Source: Myxococcota bacterium (GTDB lineage Bacteria; Myxococcota_A; Polyangia; Nannocystales; Nannocystaceae). Taken from it: a stretch of 64,000 nucleotides of DNA. Below are positions 1 through 9,579 of the stretch, one piece after another. The notes beneath the pieces are model-generated. The model was not told the origin of the DNA and searched no databases. It was given only the letters and a program-made list of their open reading frames with translations. The translations under genes and the position numbers were made by a program. The stretch lies in NCBI GenBank assembly GCA_039028615.1, contig JBCCHT010000017.1:1-64000 (forward strand). The letters are read 5' to 3'. Numbering within the stretch: the stretch's first letter is position 1; every line of letters begins with the position of its first letter.

Positions 1-157
1 CCACTGCCGAAGGCACTGAAGACGGACCCAGCGACGAGCCAGCCCACGATGAGGCCCGCGAAGGCCATTCCGACCTCCGTAAACCCTGGCCACAGCCGAC
101 TCCAGCGCGACGACACGAGGCCGAAGCATGCCGGGCCCACATCACGCCAGCAAGCGC

Positions 158-186
158 TTGCCAGCGAGGCCAGGCTTGGGTAGCTT
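158..186 (+). promoter_or_regulatory. Putative sigma70-type promoter for tRNA-Ser
   Basis: TTGCCA (158-163), 17-nt spacer, TAGCTT (181-186), about 50 nt upstream of the tRNA. Confidence 0.45.
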
Positions 187-238
187 CCCGGCCCCGAACG
201 AATCGAGGCACCCGAGAGGGTGCGCGCAAATACCCAGT

Positions 239-325
239 GGAATGGTGGCCGAGTGGCTGAAGGCACAGGTTTGCTAAATCTGCGTAGGGGAAACTCTACC
301 GAGGGTTCGAATCCCTCCCGTTCCG
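239..325 (+). tRNA. tRNA-Ser (anticodon GCT)
   Basis: Acceptor stem GGAATGG/CCGTTCC; D arm GCCGAGTGGCTGAAGGC; anticodon arm CAGGT-TTGCTAA-ATCTG; long variable arm GTAGGGGAAACTCTAC; T arm GAGGG-TTCGAAT-CCCTC; discriminator G; CCA not encoded (CCG follows). Confidence 0.96.
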
Positions 326-329
326 CCGC

Positions 330-371
330 AAGCCCCCGATCGATTCGTCGATCGGGGGCTTCGCCGTTTTT
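330..371 (+). terminator. Intrinsic terminator after tRNA
   Basis: Perfect 14-bp stem AAGCCCCCGATCGA-TTCG-TCGATCGGGGGCTT followed by CGCCGTTTTT. Confidence 0.75.
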
Positions 372-562
372 GGCGGGAGCTCGAGGAAAGCGTCGCCGGC
401 GGCGCGGCGAGGGGTGGCGCGAAGAGGACGGCGAGCCGAGCGGCGCGAGCTGAGGGCGGGTGGCCCGGGGCAGGCCGTAGGCCCCACGGGTCGCCCGAGA
501 CGGAAGGCATGCGCACCGACGAACGTGGCGCCGGCCGGGGGGCATCGGGCTATCGTTGAAGG

Positions 563-1387
563 ATGCGGATCCCGTCCCGCCCCCGATGGTCGTCGGCCCT
601 CACGCTGGCCCTGCTCGCCACCTTTGCCTGCGAGTCGACGGACGACGCGCTGGACAAGGCGGAGAAGGCCACGCGCAACGCTTCGCAAAAAGCGTACGAC
701 GCTTCGAAAGACAAGGCGGGCGAGCTGGCGGGCAAGGCCGGCGACAAGGCGCTGGAGCTGGGCAACGACGCGGTCGATGCTTCGAAGAAGAAGGCGGGCG
801 AGCTCGGTGATCAGGCGGCCGCAAAGGCGACGGAGCTGGGCAACGACGCGGTCGATGCTTCGAAAGAAAAAGCAGGCGAGCTCGCCGACGATGCACTCGA
901 CGCGACGAAGAAGGGCGTGCGAGCGCTGTACGACGATCTTCGCAACGACGGTGAGCTGAGTCAGAGCGCGAAGGCTTGGTTCAAGGAGCACGCGACGTCG
1001 GCGAGCATCGAAGACATCGTGACCAAGGGAGTGCAGCTGGCTCCGGTGGCGTTGGAGGCGAGCCGAGTCCTTTCGGATGCGGTGGAGAGCGACGTGGCGG
1101 TGGAGCCGATCTTCCAGAAGATCGACGAGGACACGGCGAAGGTCGACGCCGCGATCGGCGACATGCCTCGCGTCGAGGTGGTCAACGACGTGACGGTGGG
1201 CTTCAAGCAGATGGATCAACTCGACGCGCACACGGACATCAAGCAGCGCGCGTACTTGGTGATGTGGCGCCACGAGGGGCACTTGCTCGGCTTCGTGTAT
1301 CGATCGACGCGCACGATCGACGTGGACAAGTTGGTGGCGGAGACGCCGCGACTGATCCGTTTGAGCCAGGCGGCGCTCGAAGATTGA
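563..1387 (+). CDS. Putative lipoprotein with LEA-like amphipathic helical repeats
   Basis: Signal peptide with lipobox (LATFAC); about 26-aa repeat DASKxKAGEL...ELGNDAV with a 78-nt DNA period. Confidence 0.7.
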   Translation: MRIPSRPRWSSALTLALLATFACESTDDALDKAEKATRNASQKAYDASKDKAGELAGKAGDKALELGNDAVDASKKKAGELGDQAAAKATELGNDAVDASKEKAGELADDALDATKKGVRALYDDLRNDGELSQSAKAWFKEHATSASIEDIVTKGVQLAPVALEASRVLSDAVESDVAVEPIFQKIDEDTAKVDAAIGDMPRVEVVNDVTVGFKQMDQLDAHTDIKQRAYLVMWRHEGHLLGFVYRSTRTIDVDKLVAETPRLIRLSQAALED

Positions 1388-1580
1388 ACCCGAGTGATTT
1401 CGCGGCTCTAAGCGAAAACGCGGAGTCGGCGAGGTAACGCGACTGCGGACCGGGCGTTGCACCACGCGATGCCCCGCGGTCCCGCCGGGGCACGCGATCG
1501 GGACAAGGCCGGCAAAACCACGTAGGATGCTCGGCTCAAGTCCTACTCAGGACACCCCACGACAAGAGGATCCACCCACC

Positions 1581-1970
1581 ATGGACATCAAGACCATTTC
1601 GGCAACTCTGGCAATTCTCGGCGGCAGCATCGTCGTGCCCGCTTGTGACGACGCGAAGAAAGACGCGGCGGAGGTCAAGAAGGACGACAAGAAGAAAGAC
1701 GCCAAGAAGGACGACAAGAAAGCCGACGCCAAGGCCGACGACAAAGCCGACGCCAAGGCCGACGCCAAAGCCGACGCCAAGAAGGCCGAAGGCTCCTGCG
1801 GCGAGGGCTCCTGCGGCGCCAAGAAGGGCGGCGAGGGCTCCTGCGGCGCCGACAAGAAGGCCGCTCCCGCGGGCGAAGAGGGCAAGACCGCCGCGGCCAA
1901 GGCCGGCGAGGGCGATGCCAAGGCCGAGGCCCCCGCGGCCGACGCGAAGGCCGACGCCGACAAGTCCTGA
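1581..1970 (+). CDS. Low-complexity K/D/A-rich lipoprotein with EGSCG repeats (HvfA-like metallophore precursor candidate)
   Basis: ATG at 1581 after AGAGGA; lipobox VVPAC; EGSCGEGSCG...EGSCG. Confidence 0.7.
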   Translation: MDIKTISATLAILGGSIVVPACDDAKKDAAEVKKDDKKKDAKKDDKKADAKADDKADAKADAKADAKKAEGSCGEGSCGAKKGGEGSCGADKKAAPAGEEGKTAAAKAGEGDAKAEAPAADAKADADKS

Positions 1971-2003
1971 GGCACTGACGCCTCGGCGTGGTACTCGGTT
2001 GGC

Positions 2004-3518
2004 GTGAACACTCCGCTCACGCTCGGCCGGCTCCTCGCCGGAATCGAACCGGCGCCGCAGTATTTCGACTGCGGCCCGGACACCACGATCGCCGCCCTGC
2101 ACGTCGACTCGCGACACGTCGACCACGGGGCGGCGTTCTTGGCGTTAAAGGGGCTGACCCACGATGCGCACGCGTTCGTGAACCAGGCCCGCGAGCAAGG
2201 AGCGAGCGTCTTGCTGGTGCAGGACGACCTCGTGGGGCCGCTGTCCGGTCCGGTAGTACGACTGCGCGACAGCTGGGCGGCCTACCCCCAGATCGCGGCC
2301 AACCGCTTCGACCGCCCGAGCGAGTCGCTGACCTTGGCCGGGGTGACGGGGACGAACGGCAAGACGACGACGGCCCACCTGGTCGGCTCGGCACTCGAGC
2401 ACGCGGGCGTTCGCCACGCTCGGCTCGGCACCACGGGCAACTGGCTGGTCGACCACGAGGACACGGCGGGCTTCACCACGCCCTTTCCTCTCGAGCTGCA
2501 GGCGCTGCTGGCCGACGTCCGCGCGCGCGGAGGCACGCACGGAGTGATGGAGGTGTCGTCGCACGCGTTGGCCCAGGGGCGAGCGCGACCGCTTTCGTTC
2601 GCGGCGGTGGGGCTCACGAGCTTCAGCCAGGATCACCTCGACTTCCACGCCACGATGGACGAGTACCTGGACGCGAAGTGTCGGCTGGCGTCCGAGCACT
2701 TGCGCGAGGACGGGATCGCGGTGGCCGCCGTCGACCCGAACCCGGAGGCGGCCACGCGATTTCTGGCCGGGGCCCGGTCGCCGCGACGCTGGCGCGCGTC
2801 CCGAGGGGCGGAGCCGGAGGCCGAGCTGCTGGTGGAGCGCGTCGAGGCGACGGCGCACGGCCTGCATGCCCGCATTCGAACGCCAGCCGGACCGGCGGAG
2901 CTGTCGACCCCGCTCATCGGCGACTTCAACCTCGACAACCTGATGGTGGCCCTCGGACTCGGCCTCGGCCTCGGCCTCGAGCTGCCCCAGATGCTCGAGG
3001 CGCTGAGCACCACGATGGGCGCGCCCGGCCGACTGCAGCGCGTCACCGAGCCCGAGGTGCAGGGGCCGACGGTATTGGTCGACTACGCCCACACGCCGGA
3101 TGCGGTCGCGCGCGCGCTGGAGGCCGTACGCCCCACGTGCCGCGGCCAGCTGGTCGTGCTGCTCGGTTGTGGGGGAGACCGCGATGCGGGCAAGCGCCCA
3201 CAGATGGGCGAGGTGGCGGCGACGGGCGCCGATCGGTTCTGGGCGACCTCGGACAACCCTCGCTCGGAGGACCCGGAATCGATCGTCGACATGATGCTGG
3301 CGGGGGTGCCCGCAGGCCGCCGAGATCGGGTGCAGCGCTGCACCGACCGCGCGTCGGCGATCGCTGGTGCCATCGCCGAGGCCGCGGACGAGGACACGGT
3401 CCTCATCGCGGGCAAGGGGCACGAGGACTACCAGGTCCTGGGTGACGGCACGATCCACTTCGACGACCGCGAGCACGCCCGAAAGGCCCTGCGGCGACGG
3501 GCCACCGATAACTCCTAA
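2004..3518 (+). CDS. murE: UDP-N-acetylmuramoyl-L-alanyl-D-glutamate--2,6-diaminopimelate ligase
   Basis: GVTGTNGKTTT P-loop, MEVSSH, DHLDFH, VDYAHTPD, GCGGDRD, DNPRSED (DAP specificity), AGKGHEDYQ. Confidence 0.96.
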   Translation: MNTPLTLGRLLAGIEPAPQYFDCGPDTTIAALHVDSRHVDHGAAFLALKGLTHDAHAFVNQAREQGASVLLVQDDLVGPLSGPVVRLRDSWAAYPQIAANRFDRPSESLTLAGVTGTNGKTTTAHLVGSALEHAGVRHARLGTTGNWLVDHEDTAGFTTPFPLELQALLADVRARGGTHGVMEVSSHALAQGRARPLSFAAVGLTSFSQDHLDFHATMDEYLDAKCRLASEHLREDGIAVAAVDPNPEAATRFLAGARSPRRWRASRGAEPEAELLVERVEATAHGLHARIRTPAGPAELSTPLIGDFNLDNLMVALGLGLGLGLELPQMLEALSTTMGAPGRLQRVTEPEVQGPTVLVDYAHTPDAVARALEAVRPTCRGQLVVLLGCGGDRDAGKRPQMGEVAATGADRFWATSDNPRSEDPESIVDMMLAGVPAGRRDRVQRCTDRASAIAGAIAEAADEDTVLIAGKGHEDYQVLGDGTIHFDDREHARKALRRRATDNS

Positions 3519-3585
3519 TTCGAGGGGGGCCGATGTCGGTGATCCGGCGCTGAATCCTTGACGCCACGCGGCGCCAACCCGCAAG

Positions 3586-4959
3586 ATGGCGCTCGGAGGG
3601 CATGTTCAAATGGTATTGGCTTCGCTGCTGACGGCTGCATCACTCATGGGGGCCTCCGGGCTCACCGTCCCCGCTCAACCGAGCGCCAACGAGCCGGTCG
3701 ATCCGCCTCCGGGCATGCCCATCACCGATCCGAATTTCGACCCGACGCCGACCGGCATCGGCCACGAGCCGGACGCCCAAGGAGCCTTCAACACTCCGAC
3801 CATTCTGTTCGTCAACTTCGACGGGCCGATGATGAACGGAGGCTGCGGGAACGACTCGCGCAACAACTGCACGACGATCTTCCCGAACACCCAGTTCAAC
3901 CCGTCGCCGTCCGACGACGCGACCCGAGCCGCGGTGGTCCAGGCCACGCGCGAGGACGTCGAAGACTTCGGGGTCATCGTGGTCGGCGAGCGACCGCCCG
4001 AGGGCAACCCCTATGCGATGGTGGTCGTGGGTACGCCGGCCGGCGGCGCCCCGGCGGGGGTCGGTGGTGTCGCGCCGGGTATCGACTGCGGCAACAACAA
4101 CCCGAACATCACGAGCTTCTCGTTCCTGGTGAACAGCAGCGCCAACGTACAGGCCACCGTCATCCACCAGGAGGCGGCGCATACGTGGGGCCTCGAGCAC
4201 GTCGACGACGACACGGATAACCTGTTCCCGACCACGGGCGGCACCAGCAACCCGCGCTACCAGGACGTCTGCAGCCAGATCGTCTCCAACACCCAGCTCG
4301 ACCCCAGCGGCTCGAGCTGCAACTCGGTGCACACCATGTTCTGCAGCGCGAACATGCAGAACTCCTACCAGGAGATGCTGCTGCTGTTCGGGCCGCCCAT
4401 CCCCGACACGATCGCGCCCTCGGTCATCATCGAGTCGCCCACCGAGGGGCAGGTCCTCGACTACAACGAGGCCTTCGATCTCACCATCACGCTCGACGAC
4501 GATCGTCGCCCGCAGGTGCTCGACACGCTGATCTTCTTCGACGAGGTCGAAGCGGCCAGCACCGCGCTCATCAACACCACGCTGACCTTCCCGGTGATGG
4601 GCGGCGACCCGCCCGGAGGTCACGGGCTGAGCAACGGCATGCACACGATCACGGTCGAGATCGCCGACGAGGCGGGTAACCCGGCCTCGGCCTCGGTCAA
4701 CATCGAGATCACGGGCAGCCCCTTCGGCAACCCCAGCGGTGAAGAGACGGGCGCCGACGAGAGCGGCGGCGATCCGACCGCGGGCGACGGCGACTCGGGG
4801 GGCACGGAGCCGGGAGGCACGGCCGCCGAGGCGACCACCGCCGACATCGACGACGGCTCGGCCGAAGGCTGCGGCTGCCGAAGCCAGGCTCCGGGCTCGG
4901 GCCCTGCGCCGTGGCTCGTGCTGCTCATGGCCGCCGGCTTCGTTCGCCGCCGCAACTAG
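3586..4959 (+). CDS. Secreted zincin/matrixin-like protein with Ig-like domain and MYXO-CTERM sorting signal
   Basis: Signal peptide; HQEAAHTWGLEH motif; DTIAPSVIIESP..G Ig-like segment; C-terminal GCGC...hydrophobic helix...RRRN. Confidence 0.75.
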   Translation: MALGGHVQMVLASLLTAASLMGASGLTVPAQPSANEPVDPPPGMPITDPNFDPTPTGIGHEPDAQGAFNTPTILFVNFDGPMMNGGCGNDSRNNCTTIFPNTQFNPSPSDDATRAAVVQATREDVEDFGVIVVGERPPEGNPYAMVVVGTPAGGAPAGVGGVAPGIDCGNNNPNITSFSFLVNSSANVQATVIHQEAAHTWGLEHVDDDTDNLFPTTGGTSNPRYQDVCSQIVSNTQLDPSGSSCNSVHTMFCSANMQNSYQEMLLLFGPPIPDTIAPSVIIESPTEGQVLDYNEAFDLTITLDDDRRPQVLDTLIFFDEVEAASTALINTTLTFPVMGGDPPGGHGLSNGMHTITVEIADEAGNPASASVNIEITGSPFGNPSGEETGADESGGDPTAGDGDSGGTEPGGTAAEATTADIDDGSAEGCGCRSQAPGSGPAPWLVLLMAAGFVRRRN

Positions 4960-5266
4960 AGGCAACCCCGAGATCGGGGGCCCCAACCCACACGCCGATC
5001 GGTCCCATCGGTGTGTAGTGCCGTGCCCGAGGGTCCGCGCGGGCCATCGGGCATCGGTGCGAGATGAGCCGCTTAGCATGCCCCTGTGCCTCTGCTCGTC
5101 GGCACGAAACACGAAACCGGCACGAATTGCCGACGACGAACGGCCGTTGGCCGGGGTCGAAACCGCCGCGGCCGCGTCGCCGAGGGACTACACGAGTGCC
5201 GTATGTGGGTTTGCGGACCGCCGACCGGCCCAAGTACGATGGTGCGTGAACCTTAAGTGAGCCGCC

Positions 5267-6589
5267 ATGCGCAATAACGTTGGACCTTGGTTGAGTGTGA
5301 TGTTCGTACCCGCGCTCGCGCTGGCATGCACTCCCGACTATCGCGAAGAGAACGGGGACAGCATGCTCTCCGCCGCTCCCCAGGAGACGGGCACCGAAGA
5401 CGGTGAAGAGGACGACGGAACCACCGTCCTTCCCACCGCCACCGGATCGGGCACCGCGGTCGGCAGCGGCGAGGTGGACACCACCGCCGCCTCGGATACC
5501 GCCCCGCCGGTCTTCGACCTGAACATGCCGCCCGACATCCCGCTCGACTGCAACAAGGACGGTGGCGCAGGCGGAGATCCAGACCAGTCCTACATCTGGA
5601 TCTCCAACAGCAACGAGGGGACGATCTCGAAGATCAACACCGAGACGATGATCGAGGAGGGCCGCTACATGACGCGGCCCGGGCCCAACGGCAACCCCTC
5701 GCGCACTTCGGTGAACTTCAACGGAGACGTGGCCGTCGCCAACCGCGAGGGTGGCATCACCAAGATCTTCGCCAAGCCCCAAGACTGCCCCGATCCGACC
5801 AACACCTCCACGGGCCCCGACGACGTCAAGCCGTGGCCGGACGGGTGCATCGACTGGTACATCCCCTTCCCCTACGCGTCGCAGCGACCGATCGCGTGGA
5901 CGCAGGGCGAGTACAACAAGGACACCTGTCGCTACGACAACACCAAGGTCTGGACCTCGGGCTACAACACGTCGATCGACGTCTTGCTGCTCGATGGCGA
6001 CACCGGCACGGTGGACTCGACCATCGCCATCGGGGGCGGGGTCGACCCGGGTGAGTTCGGGTTCTACGGCGGCGCGGTCGATGGCGAGTCCAACTTCTGG
6101 GCCAGCCAGATCGGCAACGGGCACCTGCTGCGGGTCAATCGAGAGACCCTGGCCTGGGACGTCTGGCTCACGCCGACCTACGCCTACGGCATCACCGTCG
6201 ACCACATGGGGCAGGTGTGGACCTGCCACGACGATGCCGCGCGCTTCGACCCCATGACCGAGCTGTGGGACGTGGCGGTGGGCGTCGGGGGCAACGGCGG
6301 CTGCATGGAAGACGGCGAGGGCACGCTGTGGATCGCCAACAACCCCATCGTCGGCGTCGACATCATGACGATGGAAGTCACCCAGACGATCGACCTGCCC
6401 CACTACGTACACGGGATCAGCATCGACTTCCGCGGCAACGTGTGGGCGCCCGCGATCTTCGACAACCGGGCCTATCGCGTCGACCCCACCAACGGCAGCT
6501 TCAACAGCGTGACCGGGCTGAACAACCCCTACACGTACAGCGACATGACCGGGTTCGCCCTCAGCATCGCGGGCGGCATCCCGGGATAG
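5267..6589 (+). CDS. Lipoprotein with beta-propeller (Vgb-lyase-like repeats), myxobacterial family
   Basis: Lipobox LALAC; T/G-rich linker; YIWISNS..GTISKINT, NPSRTSV, YGITVD..G.VW repeats, PYTYSDMTG. Confidence 0.7.
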   Translation: MRNNVGPWLSVMFVPALALACTPDYREENGDSMLSAAPQETGTEDGEEDDGTTVLPTATGSGTAVGSGEVDTTAASDTAPPVFDLNMPPDIPLDCNKDGGAGGDPDQSYIWISNSNEGTISKINTETMIEEGRYMTRPGPNGNPSRTSVNFNGDVAVANREGGITKIFAKPQDCPDPTNTSTGPDDVKPWPDGCIDWYIPFPYASQRPIAWTQGEYNKDTCRYDNTKVWTSGYNTSIDVLLLDGDTGTVDSTIAIGGGVDPGEFGFYGGAVDGESNFWASQIGNGHLLRVNRETLAWDVWLTPTYAYGITVDHMGQVWTCHDDAARFDPMTELWDVAVGVGGNGGCMEDGEGTLWIANNPIVGVDIMTMEVTQTIDLPHYVHGISIDFRGNVWAPAIFDNRAYRVDPTNGSFNSVTGLNNPYTYSDMTGFALSIAGGIPG

Positions 6590-6654
6590 CCGTCGCCGAT
6601 CTCGAGCCTCGACGGGGCGCGGACCGAGCCATCGGGTCGCGCCCTTCGTCTTGG

Positions 6655-7425
6655 CTAGAGCCTCAGCAGCTCGGCCGCACGGGAGTCGCGAACCGTGGCC
6701 AGGCCCGCGGTCAGTCGCGCCAACACGGCCTCGGCATCGTCTTCGGGACCCAAGGCGGTGAGCACGGCGAAATTGTCGGTCGACCCGAGCCCGTTGCGGG
6801 TGTCTCCGATGGGGTTGGTGGCGGCCGCCGTCGCGTGATGCCGCAGCCGCTGCACCCACTCGTGGGTGTCGTCGGCCGAGACCTCGGGCAGCAGCACCGC
6901 AAACGACCCTTCGTCGAAGCGCGCCACCGTGTGCCGATGCAGCGCGGTGTCCTCGAGCTCCATGGCGATGCTCCGCAGCGTGGCCTCCCACGCCAGATCG
7001 CGGCTGCGTTGCGCACGATCGAGCAGGTCGATCGCGAGCACCACCACCGCGAGCGGCTGCTCGCCCTTGCGCGCCGCCTCGATCTCCCGCGGCAGGACGT
7101 CGTCGAGATAGCGGCGGGTGAAGGCCTGGGTGGCATCGTCGACCAGGGCCAGGCGCTGCATCAGCTGGGCATGGCGATCATCGAGGTCGTCTCCGGCCAG
7201 CAACGAGAAGACCTCGGCGCCCACCGTCACGCGCTCGCCATCGGCAATGGTGCGCTCGGGCACCTTCTTGCCGCTGACCACCCATGCCCCGTCGACGCGA
7301 CGTACGTTCACCGTGGGCCCGGCACCGAGCTCCAACGATGAATCGACGGTCAGGTCGTACCGGCGCCCCAGGTCGTCCCCCCGCAGGGCGACCAGAGTCG
7401 CCAGCGGTTCCGCAGGCCGATCCAC
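6655..7425 (-). CDS. Degenerate GGDEF-domain protein
   Basis: D.ATQAFTRRYL, PLAVVVLAID, VARFDEGSFAVLLP in place of ARYGGEEF. Confidence 0.7.
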   Translation of the reverse strand: MDRPAEPLATLVALRGDDLGRRYDLTVDSSLELGAGPTVNVRRVDGAWVVSGKKVPERTIADGERVTVGAEVFSLLAGDDLDDRHAQLMQRLALVDDATQAFTRRYLDDVLPREIEAARKGEQPLAVVVLAIDLLDRAQRSRDLAWEATLRSIAMELEDTALHRHTVARFDEGSFAVLLPEVSADDTHEWVQRLRHHATAAATNPIGDTRNGLGSTDNFAVLTALGPEDDAEAVLARLTAGLATVRDSRAAELLRL

Positions 7426-7545
7426 GGGCCCACCCTATCACTCGGCCCCGGCCCTTCGCACCACACCGCGGCAGTTTCAGCGTAGCCCGGACAGACCCGA
7501 ATCGGCATCGCCCGAACCTCGGCCCGGGCGATGTCGCGTCTTCGC

Positions 7546-8103
7546 TCAGCGAGTCCCGGGGAAGATCCCCAGGATGCCCGAGACCGCGGTGTCGATGACC
7601 ACCTTGGGATCGTCACCTTTGTTCAAGCGCTTGGTCGCCCAGCCATGCCAGACCTCGCGGCCCCCCACGCGATCGGCGAGATAGACGTTGAGCGTGCCCT
7701 CGGTCTGCGTCTCCCCGGGGCCGTCCATGGTCACCGCCGTGCCCGGGCCGCCCTCGAGGCGGTAGCGCGTGCGCAGACCCACCGAGAACGCGACGAGCAG
7801 TTCCGCCTCCTCGGCGCTGACCAGGGTCAGGCCCTTCGCGGCCAGCTCGCGATCGATGGCGGCGCGGATCAGCGTCTCGTTGTCCTTGGTCCGGACCGTC
7901 TCGTTGCCCTCGCCGAAGCCGATCAACACCAGCTCATCGGTGATCCAGGCGTAGGTCTTGGCCGACTCGAGCTCGTAGTCGGGGGCCCGCTCGGCCTTGA
8001 GCTGAGTCGAAGCACAGCCCGCGAGCAGCAGCACGCCCCCCGCCAGCATGGACAACGCCCCTCGGCGCGAAACGGATGATCGGAACGCGGAAGTCCTCGA
8101 CAT
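7546..8103 (-). CDS. DUF4136-like lipoprotein (possibly Tat-exported)
   Basis: SRRGAL twin-arginine plus LLLAGC lipobox; KTYAW, IDRELAAKG, TEGTLNVYLAD...VWHG; start chosen at the internal ATG. Confidence 0.7.
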   Translation of the reverse strand: MSRTSAFRSSVSRRGALSMLAGGVLLLAGCASTQLKAERAPDYELESAKTYAWITDELVLIGFGEGNETVRTKDNETLIRAAIDRELAAKGLTLVSAEEAELLVAFSVGLRTRYRLEGGPGTAVTMDGPGETQTEGTLNVYLADRVGGREVWHGWATKRLNKGDDPKVVIDTAVSGILGIFPGTR

Positions 8104-8237
8104 GGTCGCGCCGATGGTAGCGACCCCGCCCCGACATGCCCAACGCCCCGACGAGCCGCGAGCCGTTCGCTCCCTCACCGACAGGCCCGAATCGACCACG
8201 GACGGCCGATTCAGGCCTCGCACGGTATGCTGTCTCA

Positions 8238-9533
8238 GTGAGGTTTCCGCGGCCGCTTTTTGCGCTCTTGGTCGGTTGCCAGCCCTCCGTGGCCCCGCTC
8301 CCCGCCCCGCCGCCGGAACCGACTGCAGACGTGCAGGCCGAGCCTGCACCCCAGCCGCCTCCCGTCGAGGCCACGCCCACGCCTCCCCCTCCGCCCCCGG
8401 CCCTCGTCTTCGTCGGCGACGGCTGGGTGCGAGACCCCGACGATCCGCAGGCGCCCCTCATCCGACTCATCCGGCTCGACCCGGCGAGCGAGGACCCGCC
8501 GACCGCGACCCAGGCCCTGCTCGACGGGCTCGAGCCGCTCATGGAGTGCTACGAGGCCGTGCTCCAGACCAACCCGGACTGGCGCTTCACCCTCTCGTTG
8601 CACCGCGACGAACCCCGCGAGCCCGGCGACGACGACTTGGGGTTGTTCGTACGACCGGAGGCGCCGGGCTTCGAGGTCTGTGCTCGGCTGAGCTTCCAGC
8701 AAGTGCTGCCGAAGCTCGCCGACGATCCGCACGGGCGCTACGCGATGCGGGCCTACCCTCGCCGGTCCGACGCGCCGCGCCTGCGGATGCCCCGAGCCGA
8801 GGACGAAGTCACGCAGCGCCACGGCGGCTCGTGCTGGACCTACGAGAACTATCCGTGCGCGCCCAAGAAGCGCTGCAAGGCGCCGGAGTGGGTCCGCAGC
8901 CAGTGTCACCACCCCGCCGAGCGCCCCGGCGTGGCTCTGCGCTGGGCCTTGCAACCGGTGGACCGCGGCCGTCAGGCGATCGTCGGGCTGGAGCTGGTCG
9001 GCACCGACGACGAGGTCGTGTGGACCGTGCCGCTCGACGCGGACGATGCGGAGCGCATGGGCAACCTCGCCCGCGACGACGCCCAGCGGCACCTCGACCA
9101 CTTTCGCGATCGCCGACTGCCCGGCTCGCTGTGGGTCGAGCTTCGACCCACAGCGATCGTGGTGGCCGACCGAGCGGGCGTACGCGCGATGGATCGTCGG
9201 AGCGGTCGCGTCGTCTTTCGCTATGCGGCCCCGCCTCCGCCCGAGTCGAAGTTCTGGTTCGACGGGGGAACCTACGTGGCCCGCCGAGGTTCCCGTCGCT
9301 GCGAAGGCGATGCGGGCCATGGTGCGTTCGCAGCCTTGTGTGGGCCGGACCTGCTGTACTTCGATGGGCACACCTTCGCCGTGATCGAGACCGAATCGGG
9401 CTTCTCCGTGCGGGGCGAGACCAGCCAACCGCAACACCGTGGCAATGCGCCGGGCAGCGGGGTGCGACCGGTTGCCGCATATCGAGCGGCACGGGTCCGG
9501 CTGGACCTCGAAGGCATCATTTACCTGGAATGA
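8238..9533 (+). CDS. Hypothetical lipoprotein (Pro-rich N-terminus)
   Basis: Long ORF with typical high-GC3 codons; LLVGC lipobox after GTG 8238; start uncertain. Confidence 0.55.
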   Translation: MRFPRPLFALLVGCQPSVAPLPAPPPEPTADVQAEPAPQPPPVEATPTPPPPPPALVFVGDGWVRDPDDPQAPLIRLIRLDPASEDPPTATQALLDGLEPLMECYEAVLQTNPDWRFTLSLHRDEPREPGDDDLGLFVRPEAPGFEVCARLSFQQVLPKLADDPHGRYAMRAYPRRSDAPRLRMPRAEDEVTQRHGGSCWTYENYPCAPKKRCKAPEWVRSQCHHPAERPGVALRWALQPVDRGRQAIVGLELVGTDDEVVWTVPLDADDAERMGNLARDDAQRHLDHFRDRRLPGSLWVELRPTAIVVADRAGVRAMDRRSGRVVFRYAAPPPPESKFWFDGGTYVARRGSRRCEGDAGHGAFAALCGPDLLYFDGHTFAVIETESGFSVRGETSQPQHRGNAPGSGVRPVAAYRAARVRLDLEGIIYLE

Positions 9534-9579
9534 CGCACGCGCGCGTCGGGTTGGCCGGACTTCGCTGGAGAGTCCGCCC

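Noticed and set aside
239..400. tRNA-Ser as the attachment site of an integrated element
   Set aside because: No integrase in the window and no duplicated tRNA 3' end noticed; the missing encoded CCA is common and not informative
4960..5266. Structured ncRNA or sigma54 promoter in the intergenic region
   Set aside because: Only short hairpins and repeated CACGAA; GGCACGAATTGC has the wrong -24/-12 spacing; no RNA family recognised
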